A stretch of 64,000 nt of DNA from an uncultured virus (IMG/VR IMGVR_UViG_3300032038_000013) (IMGVR_UViG_3300032038_000013); one strand, 5' to 3'. Positions 34,401-44,875 are shown, counted from the stretch's first letter. Notes: generated by a model not told the origin, from the letters alone. Numbers and translations are program-made.

Positions 34401-35795
34401 AATATATATCATAGATTAAATGACTTATTAACATTTACAGTTGAGATATATAGATTATTTGTATCTGAAGATAGTTCAATGGCTACAACTGGTAAAGTAA
34501 GCCATTGGTGGAGATCTGATACTGTTGAAAAGATGAGTTTTGCAGAATATCTTGATGAACATAATGGAGATGTTGAAGATGCAAACGATGCATTAGGAAC
34601 ATTTACTGGTATGTTATCGAAGATGCTTGATAAATATGTAGATATTGGCAAGATTATAAATGATAATAAAGATGCATTAAAAGTATTTGAAGGTGGTTAT
34701 AATTCAGATATTTATAGATATTTAAATGATTCAATGTCATCAATAACATCAATGATTAGATTATTGATTGCTGAAGATAAGTTAGATTTATTTGAAGAAA
34801 TTGAAGATAATGAAGACGATATCATTGATGGTATTAAGTCAACCACAAATATTTGTAAGACAATGCTTGATGGTGTATTGGATATAAAGAAATTATTTGA
34901 TGAAATTTCTGGATTCAATATGTTATTAATGGTGCCAATGATTACATCATTTGATGCATGTGTACAAGCATTATCAAAGATTGGAAAACAGGGTGAGGAA
35001 GCAGTAGGTTCAATTAAGTTATCATTACCTACTATTGATGCTTCAATGTTAAGTGCTCAAATTGCAATGTATTCAGCAGCTTTAGATATGATTATTAAAG
35101 TTAATGAACATGCAAAAGAAGCAGGAGAAGAAGGTTATAATGTATTAAGAGATGGTATATTAAAGATATATGCTGCTACTCAACAAATTGAAGATAACGA
35201 AATATTCAAACAACATGTTAAGCAGTTAGAAGATTATGTTGAAGCAATTAATTCTATTAAGTTAAATCATTTAGGTGGTCTTAAAGGATTAGTAGATTCA
35301 ATGAATGAATTAAGTCAACGTCTTGGTAATCTTGATAATTTGACAGATGCAATTGGAAATAAATTATCTCAAGTATTATATGAACTTGTTCTTCAATTAA
35401 GAAAGGCAGAAGCAACAATCCATAATGCTCATGAATTACAAGAAAAACGTAAGAGATTAATGGATGAATCAATTGAAAAGATTCATAACATAATGGATCA
35501 TCATATGATTGTTGAAATTAGTCAACAGAAGGAAGAAGATACATCAAGTAATCCTACAGGTACAATTGGTGGCAACCCAGTAGATGATGGAGCACCACAA
35601 GGTACAGATACAACACCTCCTACATCAACTACACCTAAGGCTAACCCAGAAGAAACAACTGCTGCTCAAGGTACAGGTAATAGTAGAGTTGTAAATCAAC
35701 CTGATGCTGCACAATTGAAAGATGTATTGACATTCGGTAAGTTCAAAGATTACATGGAGAAACAATATCTTAATAAGATAAGAAATAGCGGATAA
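28473..35795 (+). CDS. Tape-measure-like protein (2440 aa)
   Basis: Very long and helical, central multi-TM repeat block, about 80-aa C-terminal repeats; next to a tail-tube-like gene. Confidence 0.7.
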   Translation: MADKTLMSSIAENVSKIEKSHSKFGTKLPGNANKEKEMTLKELSYEQMIMGTLASLTWGVKNIDKDTQIKTLLGKQNIFGLIKDINSKLESEKTIFTELKKYSKANATILQYFYDNLPKTITDSAAAIIDAIGKSKKNKESLKDSTTKILIDLKAADTIEQILKDFDALEGVVIFDNDNVNRVQDLLDRLDKLSKENIYLVIDTNLYDTVKELKELKIDIYDPKCLDSIKAEIDSLNNQKIEIFDTDNIDKARNLFEQLKKIKFEEGAENALTGLRSFLSAIEESKGLENVSKDSDTLKKLTEFFEGGGKEKGSITELINAIDNIQVKLDNEKFDALSKAFSIVEIASKLMEGHDVKINKRFFKDLNSVLTEESYIKGLINHLNDLAIDVKKNVRDNIQTVDDFITTVSNLGNLGFIKLIKAKIAIKAINAFLVKDIKSLIDNVSEYKTVKEDTDKTFEALDHLFDSIVKLGDITISDKRKMAKNIIFIDKFLSEDIKNIIEKSIPSLDKNQKEGFEVLEKTKGIIDSLIDIADIDQTKMEWAADKMESVKDFITNDVNELLEFIVENLGPKKELKKIIEVTDLTREIFENIEDMNDSIPSVMSLLKSNTKVVLLATEFAFIEESFKTLSKISKILTNKDKQFLSKRFDGTLDSIIEINGVLASINTKQGIKDILALDSELAYMYWCMDFMKEIAESYTKVLKFNEFKKTIQNIKSVIDSIEISKEDYKKLGALTALLNTMYTLGQYASDKTTFDMEKFDEATEAILTGAIPFISEFVKDSELDKNLQNLMSVNDKMLDKFDQIIKLIEKFDKLSKIAVLSKISNIGLKGIVQEAEYIKVIIGKFGDIDNKEIKKAEKSLNLFKKLVIMSAAILLAGALIMKFIKIQDLLAFTGTLAIFLFAVTGVFRLVAKSLKPAMEGARGAVLLIAASALVMLAGSLIMNYVDFGNLLLFTTSLSIFLFAITGIFRLFSKGFEQALDGAKDAMLIVAASALIMLVGSRLVKPEDFLASLLFAVELGVFLAAIGLAFKLWEAFDSKAIMASAEDVCLIIGVSALALILGGLVTKYVGIADLLLFTIELTLLIAGTIGIFMAASKFTPGALESARDIAILIGVSGLVLILAGLLANHIKFDWLALFVLELAVLIGGVLALYAVVSMIPVQKYLQMGWELSLLVAASGLILILAGLVVKYIDLGSLFLFTLILGAFIGGILLIYSIASKGFKNAFKGAKEMVILIAASALILILGALAVQKWIDIPSLIVFTLLLAGFIFAITYTYGVFGKQIKKSIVPAIALALLTAISGLVLIMGGKYILDNPGLLGAVIEFAGILIVYTALMGGVCFLLGKFMAKIVMGIVAMGLLLIVTSFATSVIDKITTVASQEGFLKNILKGIIAIAGVITAIGGIAFAAGALVMGPQALLFFAGVGVMATIAGLALLASQAVKNIADAMIHMKEVEKFDPSIMIDNIKGFITIAKEMEPIAESFSMIMKASIAIQMMSSALSSVAKTLKDWADLKIPVYKGTEIVGYETITGDMFPKAAENIKAVVTTLGQAIIDVYNEKPEMFDGPLFGLLDTPFIKVTKGLKTMGPMLTSVATAIKDWAELKIPVYKGTEVVGYETITGDMFPKAADNIKQVVTTLGQAIIDIYNEKPEMFDGPLFGLLDTPFVKVTKALKTMGPMLASIAKGVKEWADFKIPVYEGTEIVGYDTITAGTMTTAAKNIKSVIKTLGEAIIETYDECEKNEKTQGMFDPQGFLGFGKSKFARVTQAFKTMGPMLSSIADGIIKWAELKIPVYKGTEIVEYKTIKDAEFDHAAQNIKKVLKCIGEALVEVVEKNPKLFGDDIFTDGPAIVAAKAMKLMGETLNLTATAVSSYASGVFPLFDKDGKYVKDIVVKDADYDKAATAINKVLVCIGNALKDVVENNDIFNDGLFSDAPAIKAAEAIKGMSEALNNSVTAISKLAELDLNELHTALDPNGPEDNIYHRLNDLLTFTVEIYRLFVSEDSSMATTGKVSHWWRSDTVEKMSFAEYLDEHNGDVEDANDALGTFTGMLSKMLDKYVDIGKIINDNKDALKVFEGGYNSDIYRYLNDSMSSITSMIRLLIAEDKLDLFEEIEDNEDDIIDGIKSTTNICKTMLDGVLDIKKLFDEISGFNMLLMVPMITSFDACVQALSKIGKQGEEAVGSIKLSLPTIDASMLSAQIAMYSAALDMIIKVNEHAKEAGEEGYNVLRDGILKIYAATQQIEDNEIFKQHVKQLEDYVEAINSIKLNHLGGLKGLVDSMNELSQRLGNLDNLTDAIGNKLSQVLYELVLQLRKAEATIHNAHELQEKRKRLMDESIEKIHNIMDHHMIVEISQQKEEDTSSNPTGTIGGNPVDDGAPQGTDTTPPTSTTPKANPEETTAAQGTGNSRVVNQPDAAQLKDVLTFGKFKDYMEKQYLNKIRNSG

Positions 35796-35992
35796 AATTA
35801 ATATATAGAGGCAATGAAATATTTTAATTTGTATTATTTAGATAGTAAATTGAATAACAGACCATTAACTGAAGAAGAACTTGAAGTATTCAAAAAATCA
35901 AAAATTGTTACAAAAAGAAATTCAGTTACTGGTAAAATGGAAAATATTCCAGTAAATAAAATAAGAGTTATAAAAACAATACTTATATAATT

Positions 35993-36646
35993 ATGTTTGG
36001 TTTAAAAGGTAGACAAGATGGTTTTAGATTATTACTTCCAAAGGAATTTTTAGTACCTGAGGTTGAAGAAAAATATGCAGGAATCTTAAAAGAGAAACTT
36101 GGATATTTTGATTCTCCTATTGACTTCCTTAATGAAACAATTCAGAAAGTAAATGTATTGGGATTCCAAGATGGTACTATGACTCAAGACCAACCGGTTA
36201 AAGGAGCAGAACCAACTATGAAGCAAAATCGTATTAAACAAAATCAATTCCAATATGCTGGTTCTCAATTTAATTATCGTTCAGGTGTGCCACCAATTCA
36301 ATTAACAGATAAAACATTCAATATAACATTCCGTCATACATTAGGTTATTTGAATTACTTTATGTTATTTGAAAATTTCTGGTATCAATTTTCAAGAGAT
36401 ATGAATTATGAAGATCTTCCACAAAGATTTACAATTGATTTATTTAATGAACTTGGTTCTATATATTCAAGAGTATCATTATTCTATCCAATGATTAATT
36501 CTATGGATATGCTTGAATTTGATTATACACAGCCTGTTGCTCAATCACAGACATTTACAATTGAATTTAAATATTCTAATTTTGATTTTGAATTTATTTC
36601 AATAGATGAATTGACGAATGAATTTGATAGAAAATTTAGTGACTAA
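35993..36646 (+). CDS. Tail tube / tail completion / baseplate-initiator-like protein (gp19 superfamily)
   Basis: FNITF...NYF.....WY and F.P......LEFDY....QTFTIEFKYSNF pattern. Confidence 0.55.
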   Translation: MFGLKGRQDGFRLLLPKEFLVPEVEEKYAGILKEKLGYFDSPIDFLNETIQKVNVLGFQDGTMTQDQPVKGAEPTMKQNRIKQNQFQYAGSQFNYRSGVPPIQLTDKTFNITFRHTLGYLNYFMLFENFWYQFSRDMNYEDLPQRFTIDLFNELGSIYSRVSLFYPMINSMDMLEFDYTQPVAQSQTFTIEFKYSNFDFEFISIDELTNEFDRKFSD

Positions 36647-36850
36647 ATAATATAATAAAAACTTCGAGATTATATCTAGAATTTCCTCTAGCATCCTTAT
36701 ATATTAAGATAATATAATTTAGTATACATCTTAGATATAGTGATGCTAGAGGTTCTTTTTTCTTGTTATAATATTTTTAGTAATTATCTTAAATAATTAA
36801 AATTTAATTACTATTTTTATTTGATAGTAAAAATAAAATTTAATATATAG

Positions 36851-38155
36851 ATGGCAAAGAAAATTAAATGGTGTGCAATACAACCACTTACAGGTGGTAT
36901 GTATCTTGGTGCAGAGAAAGCAGTAGGTTGTCCTGCTGAGTTTATTTTATCTTACCCAGGAATCGGTAGTCCTCATTATGATAAAGAAGGTAAGCTTGTA
37001 GGTGGTGGTAATGAATATCATCTTATGACATATCTTGATAAAGTTGGACGTCGACCTGAGTATAGAGTAATGAATCGTGGTATATTCCAAAATGATGATA
37101 ATATGGAAGTTGAACTTCTTAATCATGATTTATGGACAAAGAATCCCGATGCACCACTTGATTATTCAAATATGGATCTTGTTGTAGCTGTTCCTGTTTG
37201 TGCTGGTCTTTCAACTGCAACAAATGGTTCACAAGAAGCAAAGGAAACTCGTAATTGCAATATGATTTGGATATCTAAATATGCATTAAGAGTTATTCAA
37301 CCTAAAATTTATATTTTTGAAAATGCTCCTACATTTATGGGAACAAGAGGAGATTATATCCGTGTTCAACTTGAAGCATTAGCAAAAGAAACTGGTTATT
37401 CAATTGGTTATTATAAGACCGATACAAAGCTTCATGATAACTGTCAAACTCGTAAGCGTACATTTATTGCATTCTTTAAGAAGGATTATACTCCTCCAAT
37501 GGGATTTGAAAATATCCAAACAAATATTGCAGAATACTTCAGTCGTATTCCAGAGGATAAGAGAAACCCAGGAACTGAACTTGATATGGAATATGTTAAT
37601 CCTGTAAATTATTTCATTATATCTTATCTTAAAGAAAAGTTTGGTGACAATTGGAGAAAGGAAGTTGATTATAATGTATTCAAGTACATTATTGAAAACA
37701 AACTTTGGGATGAAGTTCTTGATTATACAAACAACAGAGCAACATATCATATTGAAAAACGTCGTGAGTATATGAACCACTTCGTTGACCATTTCAATTT
37801 CAAGACATCACAAGGAAAGGGTGTATTCCACTCATTACCAAATCTTTTGAAGAATGATGGTATTTGCCCTGCAGTTATGTTCAAGATGGTTCAAAGTTGT
37901 TTACACCCAGATAGTGATAGACTTTTGAATATGCGTGAACTTATGCATTTGATGGGATTACCACATGAATTTGAAATGCAAGGTGAACCACTTAAATGTT
38001 ATGCACAAATTGGTCAGAACGTTCCTGTTCGTACTGCATATTGGATTGTATCTGAAGCACTTCGAGCATACGATAGAGAAAATGATTTAGAAGAAAAGAA
38101 AGCAGTAAGATTTTTTGATAATACAAAAGGTCAAGAAGTTAAATATGGAGAGTAA
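36851..38155 (+). CDS. C5-cytosine DNA methyltransferase, divergent
   Basis: PVCAGLS (IV), FENAP (VI), QTRKRTF (VIII), LNMRELMHLMG (IX), QIGQNVP (X). Confidence 0.8.
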   Translation: MAKKIKWCAIQPLTGGMYLGAEKAVGCPAEFILSYPGIGSPHYDKEGKLVGGGNEYHLMTYLDKVGRRPEYRVMNRGIFQNDDNMEVELLNHDLWTKNPDAPLDYSNMDLVVAVPVCAGLSTATNGSQEAKETRNCNMIWISKYALRVIQPKIYIFENAPTFMGTRGDYIRVQLEALAKETGYSIGYYKTDTKLHDNCQTRKRTFIAFFKKDYTPPMGFENIQTNIAEYFSRIPEDKRNPGTELDMEYVNPVNYFIISYLKEKFGDNWRKEVDYNVFKYIIENKLWDEVLDYTNNRATYHIEKRREYMNHFVDHFNFKTSQGKGVFHSLPNLLKNDGICPAVMFKMVQSCLHPDSDRLLNMRELMHLMGLPHEFEMQGEPLKCYAQIGQNVPVRTAYWIVSEALRAYDRENDLEEKKAVRFFDNTKGQEVKYGE

Positions 38156-38175
38156 CTTAAGTTACTCTCTTTTTT
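38148..38175 (+). terminator. Intrinsic terminator
   Basis: gagagtaacttaagttactctc followed by a T run. Confidence 0.85.
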
Positions 38176-38346
38176 GTTTTTAACAAATATTTAAACTTAT
38201 CTATATTTTAATTATAAATATTGTGTATTAATATGAAGATAGCTCTTTGTATTTTTGGACTATATGTGATAGGTTCTTTTTTATTTATGTTATGGGAAAT
38301 GCATAAAGCTCCTATCCAAGAAGATTAAAATAATTTAGTTTAAATA

Positions 38347-39639
38347 ATGTTAAGTCAAAAAATTGGTTATTCTTACAATGATGTAACAATAGTGCCAGAA
38401 GTTATTTCAGATATTAAATCACGATCTGAATGTAATCCTTATGTGGATTATAAACTTCCTATTTTTGCATCACCTATGGCTTCAGTAGTGTCTGAAGAAA
38501 ATTACAAAATATTTGAAGCAAATAAAATCATACCTATATTACCTCGTATTCAAGAATATGATATTAATTATCGTATTAAGAAAATGCATCAAGGTTGGTG
38601 GATTGCTGTATCATTAAAAGAATTGGAAAATAATATCATAAATGATTTACAAACAACATCAGAATTAACTAATAAAGATTATCGTATTTGTGTTGATATT
38701 GCAAATGGTCATATGAAATATTTATATGCTGAATGTGCTCTTGCAAAAACATTAGCAAGAAGACGTGGTATTAATTTGACTATAATGACAGGTAATATTG
38801 CAAATGCGAAAACTTATGAATGGATATATAAAAATGCATTATGCGAAGTTGAAGAAAACGGACATAAATATTATGATTGTGCGATTGATTATATAAGAGT
38901 TGGTATTGGTGGTGGGTCAGGATGCATTACAACAAGTAACGTATCAATACATTATCCACAGGCAAGTCTTATTGATGAATGTAAAAGAATTAAAGAATCA
39001 GCTGTATGCAATAAATATGTTCGAAAGAAACCAGCAATTGTAGCAGATGGTGGTATAAGAAATTATGATCATGTTATTAAAGCATTAGCCTTAGGTGCTG
39101 ATTATGTAATGATAGGGAGCTTATTTGCACAATGTATTGAATCTGCTGGAGAAAAAACAGCAAAATCATTAAGTGCAAAACTTCCTTTAAGATTTCCAAT
39201 TGAAAGATACAAAGATTTTAGTGTAGATAGTAAAGGAAATTTCAAAGCATATTATACTGATGAATATATTAAAGAAGCATCAAAGACATGGGAAGACGCT
39301 TTAGTAAATTCTCCAAATAAACAGCACGCACAGTTATCATACAATAGAAGAATTGATGATTTGAAACAAGAAAAATTAATAGGAGGCATTGATGTTAAAT
39401 TTTTTGGTATGGCTTCAGCAGATGGTCAAAAGTCAATGAATGGTAAAAAAACAAAAACATCAGAAGGAATTACAAAGTGGCTTCCTGTTAAATATACATT
39501 AGCTGGGTGGGTTGAAAATATGGTAAGTTATTTACGTTCTGCGATGTCATATACTGATTGTAAAGATGTTAAAGAATTTATTGGTAAACCTGAGTTAATT
39601 GTAAATAGTATTTCTGAGATACAAGCAGTTAATAAGTAA
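38347..39639 (+). CDS. IMP dehydrogenase / GMP reductase family protein
   Basis: SPM, VDIANGH, GNIA, RVGIGGGSGCITT, VADGGI, KALALGADYVMIGS, FFGMAS, SEG, LRSAMSY. Confidence 0.9.
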   Translation: MLSQKIGYSYNDVTIVPEVISDIKSRSECNPYVDYKLPIFASPMASVVSEENYKIFEANKIIPILPRIQEYDINYRIKKMHQGWWIAVSLKELENNIINDLQTTSELTNKDYRICVDIANGHMKYLYAECALAKTLARRRGINLTIMTGNIANAKTYEWIYKNALCEVEENGHKYYDCAIDYIRVGIGGGSGCITTSNVSIHYPQASLIDECKRIKESAVCNKYVRKKPAIVADGGIRNYDHVIKALALGADYVMIGSLFAQCIESAGEKTAKSLSAKLPLRFPIERYKDFSVDSKGNFKAYYTDEYIKEASKTWEDALVNSPNKQHAQLSYNRRIDDLKQEKLIGGIDVKFFGMASADGQKSMNGKKTKTSEGITKWLPVKYTLAGWVENMVSYLRSAMSYTDCKDVKEFIGKPELIVNSISEIQAVNK

Positions 39640-39712
39640 TTTTCTTTTAATATATTTTTCTACAAATTCCTGTAAGATTTTCATATTATATTTGAAATTT
39701 TACAGGAATGTT

Positions 39713-39729
39713 CTATTTTATATTTGTAA
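39713..39729 (+). promoter_or_regulatory. Promoter motif CTATTTTATATTTGTAA
   Basis: Recurrent motif; preceded by an inverted repeat at about 39666-39709. Confidence 0.7.
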
Positions 39730-40320
39730 TAAAAATCAAATGAATATGAGAAATAAAAAACGTCCCCAGTACATTGAGAAGCAGTTGAGTGAGATTAACG
39801 ATATTCTTCGTTCAATAAGATTAAAGTTTGATGACAAATATAATAATGATTTGTTTTGCTGGTTTACCACATATCTTCTTCACAATGGCTGGTATCGTGG
39901 TTTTAATATGCATTATGATAAAGAAGTTACATATTCAGATGGAACCACAAAAGTTATAAGAGCTCTTGCTGGTCCTGATTATGAAACAAAAGATTATTAT
40001 ATTCAGATTTGGTAATTATGCAATATATTTCCCAATATGGTAATTATATGACTATAGAAGATAGTTATGTTAAAAGAATAATTACTTCACCGTTTCATCA
40101 ATTTATTTTGATATTACAAGACGGAAATAGAATTTATACAAATAAAATTAAAGCTTAATGGGATTATTTCAAAAAACATATACTCCAGAGCAATGGGAAA
40201 AATATAAAAAGGATAATCCTGAATTATTTGACCCCAATCATCCTGATTATGTTTTAGATGATGGTCCAACGGTGTATGAGGAAAACAAAGAATATTTTGA
40301 TAATTTATTTATAAAATAAT

Positions 40321-40686
40321 ATGTCACGTACTTATAAAAAGAATATTCGTTGCTTCTGTTGTTACGGAGATAATCGTAAATTTTACGAATTAAGACGTCG
40401 TCAGCGTCGTCATCGTATCAATCATGAAGTACGAGATTTACTTTCGAAATATGGTCCTGAAGGTCTTGATGAAATGTGGAAAGGACCTGATATGACAACT
40501 GAAGCTCAATGGATGGAACCTACAGATGGTCATTGGGGTATTGATAAAGAATATATCAAAAGAATGGATCGTAAATATTTGAATAATCCATGTTATGATG
40601 ACAGATATCGTGACCGTAATTATTGGCATCGTTTATACGATAGATATTTCAAGCCTAAGCATCGTAAACATTATAGAATTGTTTAA
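40321..40686 (+). CDS. Arg/Lys-rich hypothetical protein (MSRTYKK type)
   Basis: ORF, highly basic. Confidence 0.7.
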   Translation: MSRTYKKNIRCFCCYGDNRKFYELRRRQRRHRINHEVRDLLSKYGPEGLDEMWKGPDMTTEAQWMEPTDGHWGIDKEYIKRMDRKYLNNPCYDDRYRDRNYWHRLYDRYFKPKHRKHYRIV

Positions 40687-41470
40687 ATATGACAGATAAA
40701 TATAAAGATATAATTGAACGTTATTCATGGGATTATAGGTCCACTTATGTTAAAGCATCATATGCATTTGATGATGCAATGTATGTATTAGATAGGTTAA
40801 CTACTGGTACTCTTGCTCATAATCTGCCAAATGTAAAAAATAAGTTAGAACGTTTAATGGCTGCTTATTTGGAAGAGTCTGAAAATTTAAGAATTGCAAA
40901 TAGGGAAATACGAAAACTTAAAAAGGAATTGAATAAATGATTGAAACACAATTTGGATATATTAAGGAAGGATATTGTGAAGAGCCATCATTGGCATCCT
41001 GCAGAGTAATATCTTACGTTACTTGTAGTAATAAAGCAAAATACAAAATAACACTTGATAATGGTAGAGTAATAAATGTTTGTGGTACTCATCTACGTCA
41101 ATATTATAAAACAGATTGGGACGATAAACCTATTAAGGGTAAATTTATTAAAATGGTAACTAAAGTTGAAGAGATTAAAACAGGTAAGGTAGTATATGAA
41201 AAGCGATAGAGAACGATATAATGAAAAATATTAAAAATTTATTAAAATGAGTGTTTTTAAATTTGACATTGAAGATGCAAAAGAATATTTATATGATGAA
41301 TTGAATTTTGCAAGTAATCGTCAATCTAAATATTATCCAAGAAAGAATGTAAATAAAGCATCTGATGTTTTTAATATTCTTAATGATTATTATATGATTG
41401 CGAAAGACGAAGATTTTTATTTAGACTTAATACAATATTTAAGAGATAATAAAAAATTGAAATAGCTAAT

Positions 41471-42787
41471 ATGATAGAGTTAATAGGAAAATATACAAAA
41501 GCAATTATATACGCAGAGACAATTGAAGAGGGTGTCTACGGGCAGGTATATGATATTATAAATTGTCCAGCATTTGAAGGACAGAAGGTAGTTTGTATGC
41601 CTGATGTTCATGTTGGAAAGTCAGGTCCTTGTGGACTTGTTGCAACAATCGGAGACTATATTTGTCCTGAGCATATTGGTGTTGATATTGGATGTACAGT
41701 ATCAATGATGCTATTGGATAAGAAAGTTCCTGTTGAAAAGTACGCCGAGTTTGAACGTCGTATCAAGAATAAGATTCCTTTTGGATTCAATATCAATGGT
41801 AAGACAATTATTGATGAAAAGGATTTTAGAAAGTTCTTGACAAAGGGATTTAATCGTTATGCTCAAAAGTGGCCTGAGATGTTGTCTGATTTACCTGACC
41901 AAGTAACTGAGAAGTGGATTACAGAACAGCTTAAGAGACTTAATGTTGATGAGGGTGTTTTCTATAAGTCACTTGGGTCAGTTGGTGGAGGTAACCACTT
42001 CATTGAATATAATGAACAAGCAGATGGTGATCTTGCTGGTTTAACTTGTCATTTCGGTTCAAGAAACTTTGGAACAAAGGTTTGTAATTATTGGATGAAG
42101 AAGACAGTTCAGCCAATGTCAAAGAACGAAATGAAGGAGAAGCTTGAGCAGTTCAAGAAGGATTATCAGAAGGCTGAAAAGTCAATGAAGGAATATAAGA
42201 AGGCTCAGGATGAATATGTTGAAAGCATTCGTCGTAATCATATTAATGGTTATCTTTCTGGAGAGTATATGAAGGAGTATTTGATGGATATGTGTTTCTG
42301 TCAATTGTATGCTCAGTATAATCATATTACTGTTCAGAATGTTATTAAGGATTTACTTCAGAAGTATGGAATTAAGGAGGTAAGAACAATTACTTCAACT
42401 CATAATTTCATTGACCTTGAGGATCACTGTTTGAGAAAGTCAGCAATTCGTTCTTATAAGGGAGAAGAGATTCTTGTTCCATTCAATATGAGAGATGGAG
42501 TTGCAATCTGTGAGGGGCTTTCAAATTCAGATTGGCTAAATTCTTGTGCGCATGGTGCTGGCCGAAAGATGTCACGTTCTAAGGCAAAGCAGAATATTTC
42601 CATGAAGGATTTTGAAAAGACTATGGAGGGTATTTATTCAACTACAGTTTGTAAGGCAACACTTGATGAGTCACCAATGGCTTACAAGGACACAACTGAG
42701 ATTAAGGACTTGATTACTGAAACATGTAAGATTAAGTTCATGATGATACCTAAGATTAACATTAAGGCAGCAGATGGTGGAGATTAG
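41471..42787 (+). CDS. rtcB: RtcB RNA ligase
   Basis: MPDVH, GVDIGC, GGGNHFIE, HFGSR, HNF, HGAGR, DESPMAYK. Confidence 0.95.
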   Translation: MIELIGKYTKAIIYAETIEEGVYGQVYDIINCPAFEGQKVVCMPDVHVGKSGPCGLVATIGDYICPEHIGVDIGCTVSMMLLDKKVPVEKYAEFERRIKNKIPFGFNINGKTIIDEKDFRKFLTKGFNRYAQKWPEMLSDLPDQVTEKWITEQLKRLNVDEGVFYKSLGSVGGGNHFIEYNEQADGDLAGLTCHFGSRNFGTKVCNYWMKKTVQPMSKNEMKEKLEQFKKDYQKAEKSMKEYKKAQDEYVESIRRNHINGYLSGEYMKEYLMDMCFCQLYAQYNHITVQNVIKDLLQKYGIKEVRTITSTHNFIDLEDHCLRKSAIRSYKGEEILVPFNMRDGVAICEGLSNSDWLNSCAHGAGRKMSRSKAKQNISMKDFEKTMEGIYSTTVCKATLDESPMAYKDTTEIKDLITETCKIKFMMIPKINIKAADGGD

Positions 42788-42885
42788 TAAAGGAAGAAAA
42801 GGAAAGGCTCAACACAGCTTTCGTGGTCAACCTGCATAGCAGCACATAAGATTGTTCGTGAACGCCTTTACTTTTCTCCACTTTA
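42788..42885 (+). ncRNA. Candidate structured RNA downstream of rtcB
   Basis: 42792-42808 pairs with 42864-42879 and encloses an inner ctgc-ata-gcag hairpin; GC-richer than other intergenic DNA. Confidence 0.4.
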
Positions 42886-44509
42886 TATTTATGATTAAAT
42901 TATTAAAATAATGAGTAAGGAATTAAAACGAACTTTATCTATAAGTCTTATATTTTTTATATTGATTTTATTTGCGTTTCCTTCATTATCATTAATACAA
43001 TCAATAGCGTTATCTTTAATACTTGGAATATTCGGACAGACTTTAGATTCTATTGAACAATACTTAAAACACATAAGTAATAAATTATGAATGATAATAT
43101 ATCTTATGAAAGATTAAAATTTATTAAGAAGATGTATGACAATTCTTTTTATCCAGCAACATATAATATTGAAAAGAATTGTTTTGAATATCCACCCATG
43201 CCTAAATATTTTTATTGGCCTAATCCAGGATATTGTAAGTTTCCTGACGAATTTATGAATGAGATTACAAAATCAATAATTAAAGAATTTTCAGATAAAT
43301 ACGGGCCATTTTAATTATGAATAACGATATTGAAAATGTTTTATTAATTACATTAGGAATTTTATTAATCCTTTTAATCGTTAATTGGATTGAAGATAAT
43401 GTACAATTTGCAAAACATAAGGTAGTTGAAACTCATTATAAAAATCAACTTTTTGATGATGTTGAAATTATACATTATGAATATTATAAAAAATATCCTT
43501 TTTGTAAATGGAAATTATATAATGTAGAAAACGAAGAAGAATTTAAACATCAATGTCAAAGGTTTGCACAAGTATGTAATGATGATTGGAAAACTTATAT
43601 GAATTTTGAGGTTGATAATAATATTTATTATATTGATTAATTATGAAACATATTTGGTGCATAGATGAAGATAAATATACTCTTAATGAAGGGTATGTTT
43701 TTACAGATTATAAAAATTATGAAGATGATTTTGTGTATACTGATGAAACACAAAAAAAGATAATTGGTACATATAAAATAGAAAATATATTTGATAATAT
43801 TGAAACTGCTAAGCATATACTTAAAGGAATGATTCAAATTCAAAGAGATAAAAACTTCAAAGAAATTGAAAGATTACAAAAGGAAAATGAAATATTATTT
43901 GAAAAAATGTTAGCAGTATAATAGAAACAAAGATTTGTAATTATTTAAATTTTATGTAAAAAATATAACAATGAAAGACTATAGAAATTTATTAAACATC
44001 AAGCCTCAAAAAGCAGGTAAGTATAAGAATAAACTTTATGTGTATGTTAACTGGGATTCAAATGATGCGGACTATATTGGAAAGACTGAAGTAATGGATC
44101 CTAAGGTTCTTTTTGGTTGCGAGAAATTAATATATTGTCTTGCTTATATTACATTGCCTTATAACTTCAAAGGACACGATTGGAATGCTGCAGCTTTTGC
44201 TCATCATGTAACAGATAATTGTGATATTGATGATTTAGAAAGTGTTATATGTGAGAATGATTTTATGTGTTATACTGATTGGGGGTGTTGTCATAGTTTA
44301 GAAGAACTTACAATAATTTATTATGACAAAGATGGAGTTCCGTATGATATTAACTTTAATAAGATTCATAATCGTTGGAAAAAGATGTCTTATGAAGAAA
44401 TTTGTGAAGAAATAAATAATATTGAATGGATAGATCCGTATGATGAAAAAGAAGAAAATACAAATTCAGAATCAAATTTATATCCATTAAAACCAGCAGG
44501 TAGTTAATT

Positions 44510-44875
44510 ATGAATGATAAATTATTAACACGAGAAGAATTTAAGAAACAAGTATTTGCAAGAACAAATGGGAAATGCTGTGTTCCTGATTGTTCTTGTG
44601 ATGCTGTTGATGCTCATCATATAATGGACCGTAAACTTTGGAATGATGGAGGATATTATCTTTCAAATGGAGCTGCATTATGTTCTAAACATCATTTAGA
44701 TGCCGAACAAGGAAAAATTACTCCTAAACAATGTCTTGATTATATGAATATTAAATTAACAGATATTAAAGTACCTGATGTAATTAAAGATAGATATAAA
44801 GATAAGATTATAAATTTTAAAGATTTTTATATTACATTAATGTTAGATGCATTAATTAATAAATGGGGAGAATAA
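44510..44875 (+). CDS. HNH endonuclease
   Basis: CCVPDC, DAHHI, SNGAALCSKHH. Confidence 0.85.
   Translation: MNDKLLTREEFKKQVFARTNGKCCVPDCSCDAVDAHHIMDRKLWNDGGYYLSNGAALCSKHHLDAEQGKITPKQCLDYMNIKLTDIKVPDVIKDRYKDKIINFKDFYITLMLDALINKWGE

Noticed and set aside
44510..44875. HNH as an intron-encoded homing endonuclease
   Set aside because: Free-standing with normal gene junctions; no interrupted gene or intron structure seen
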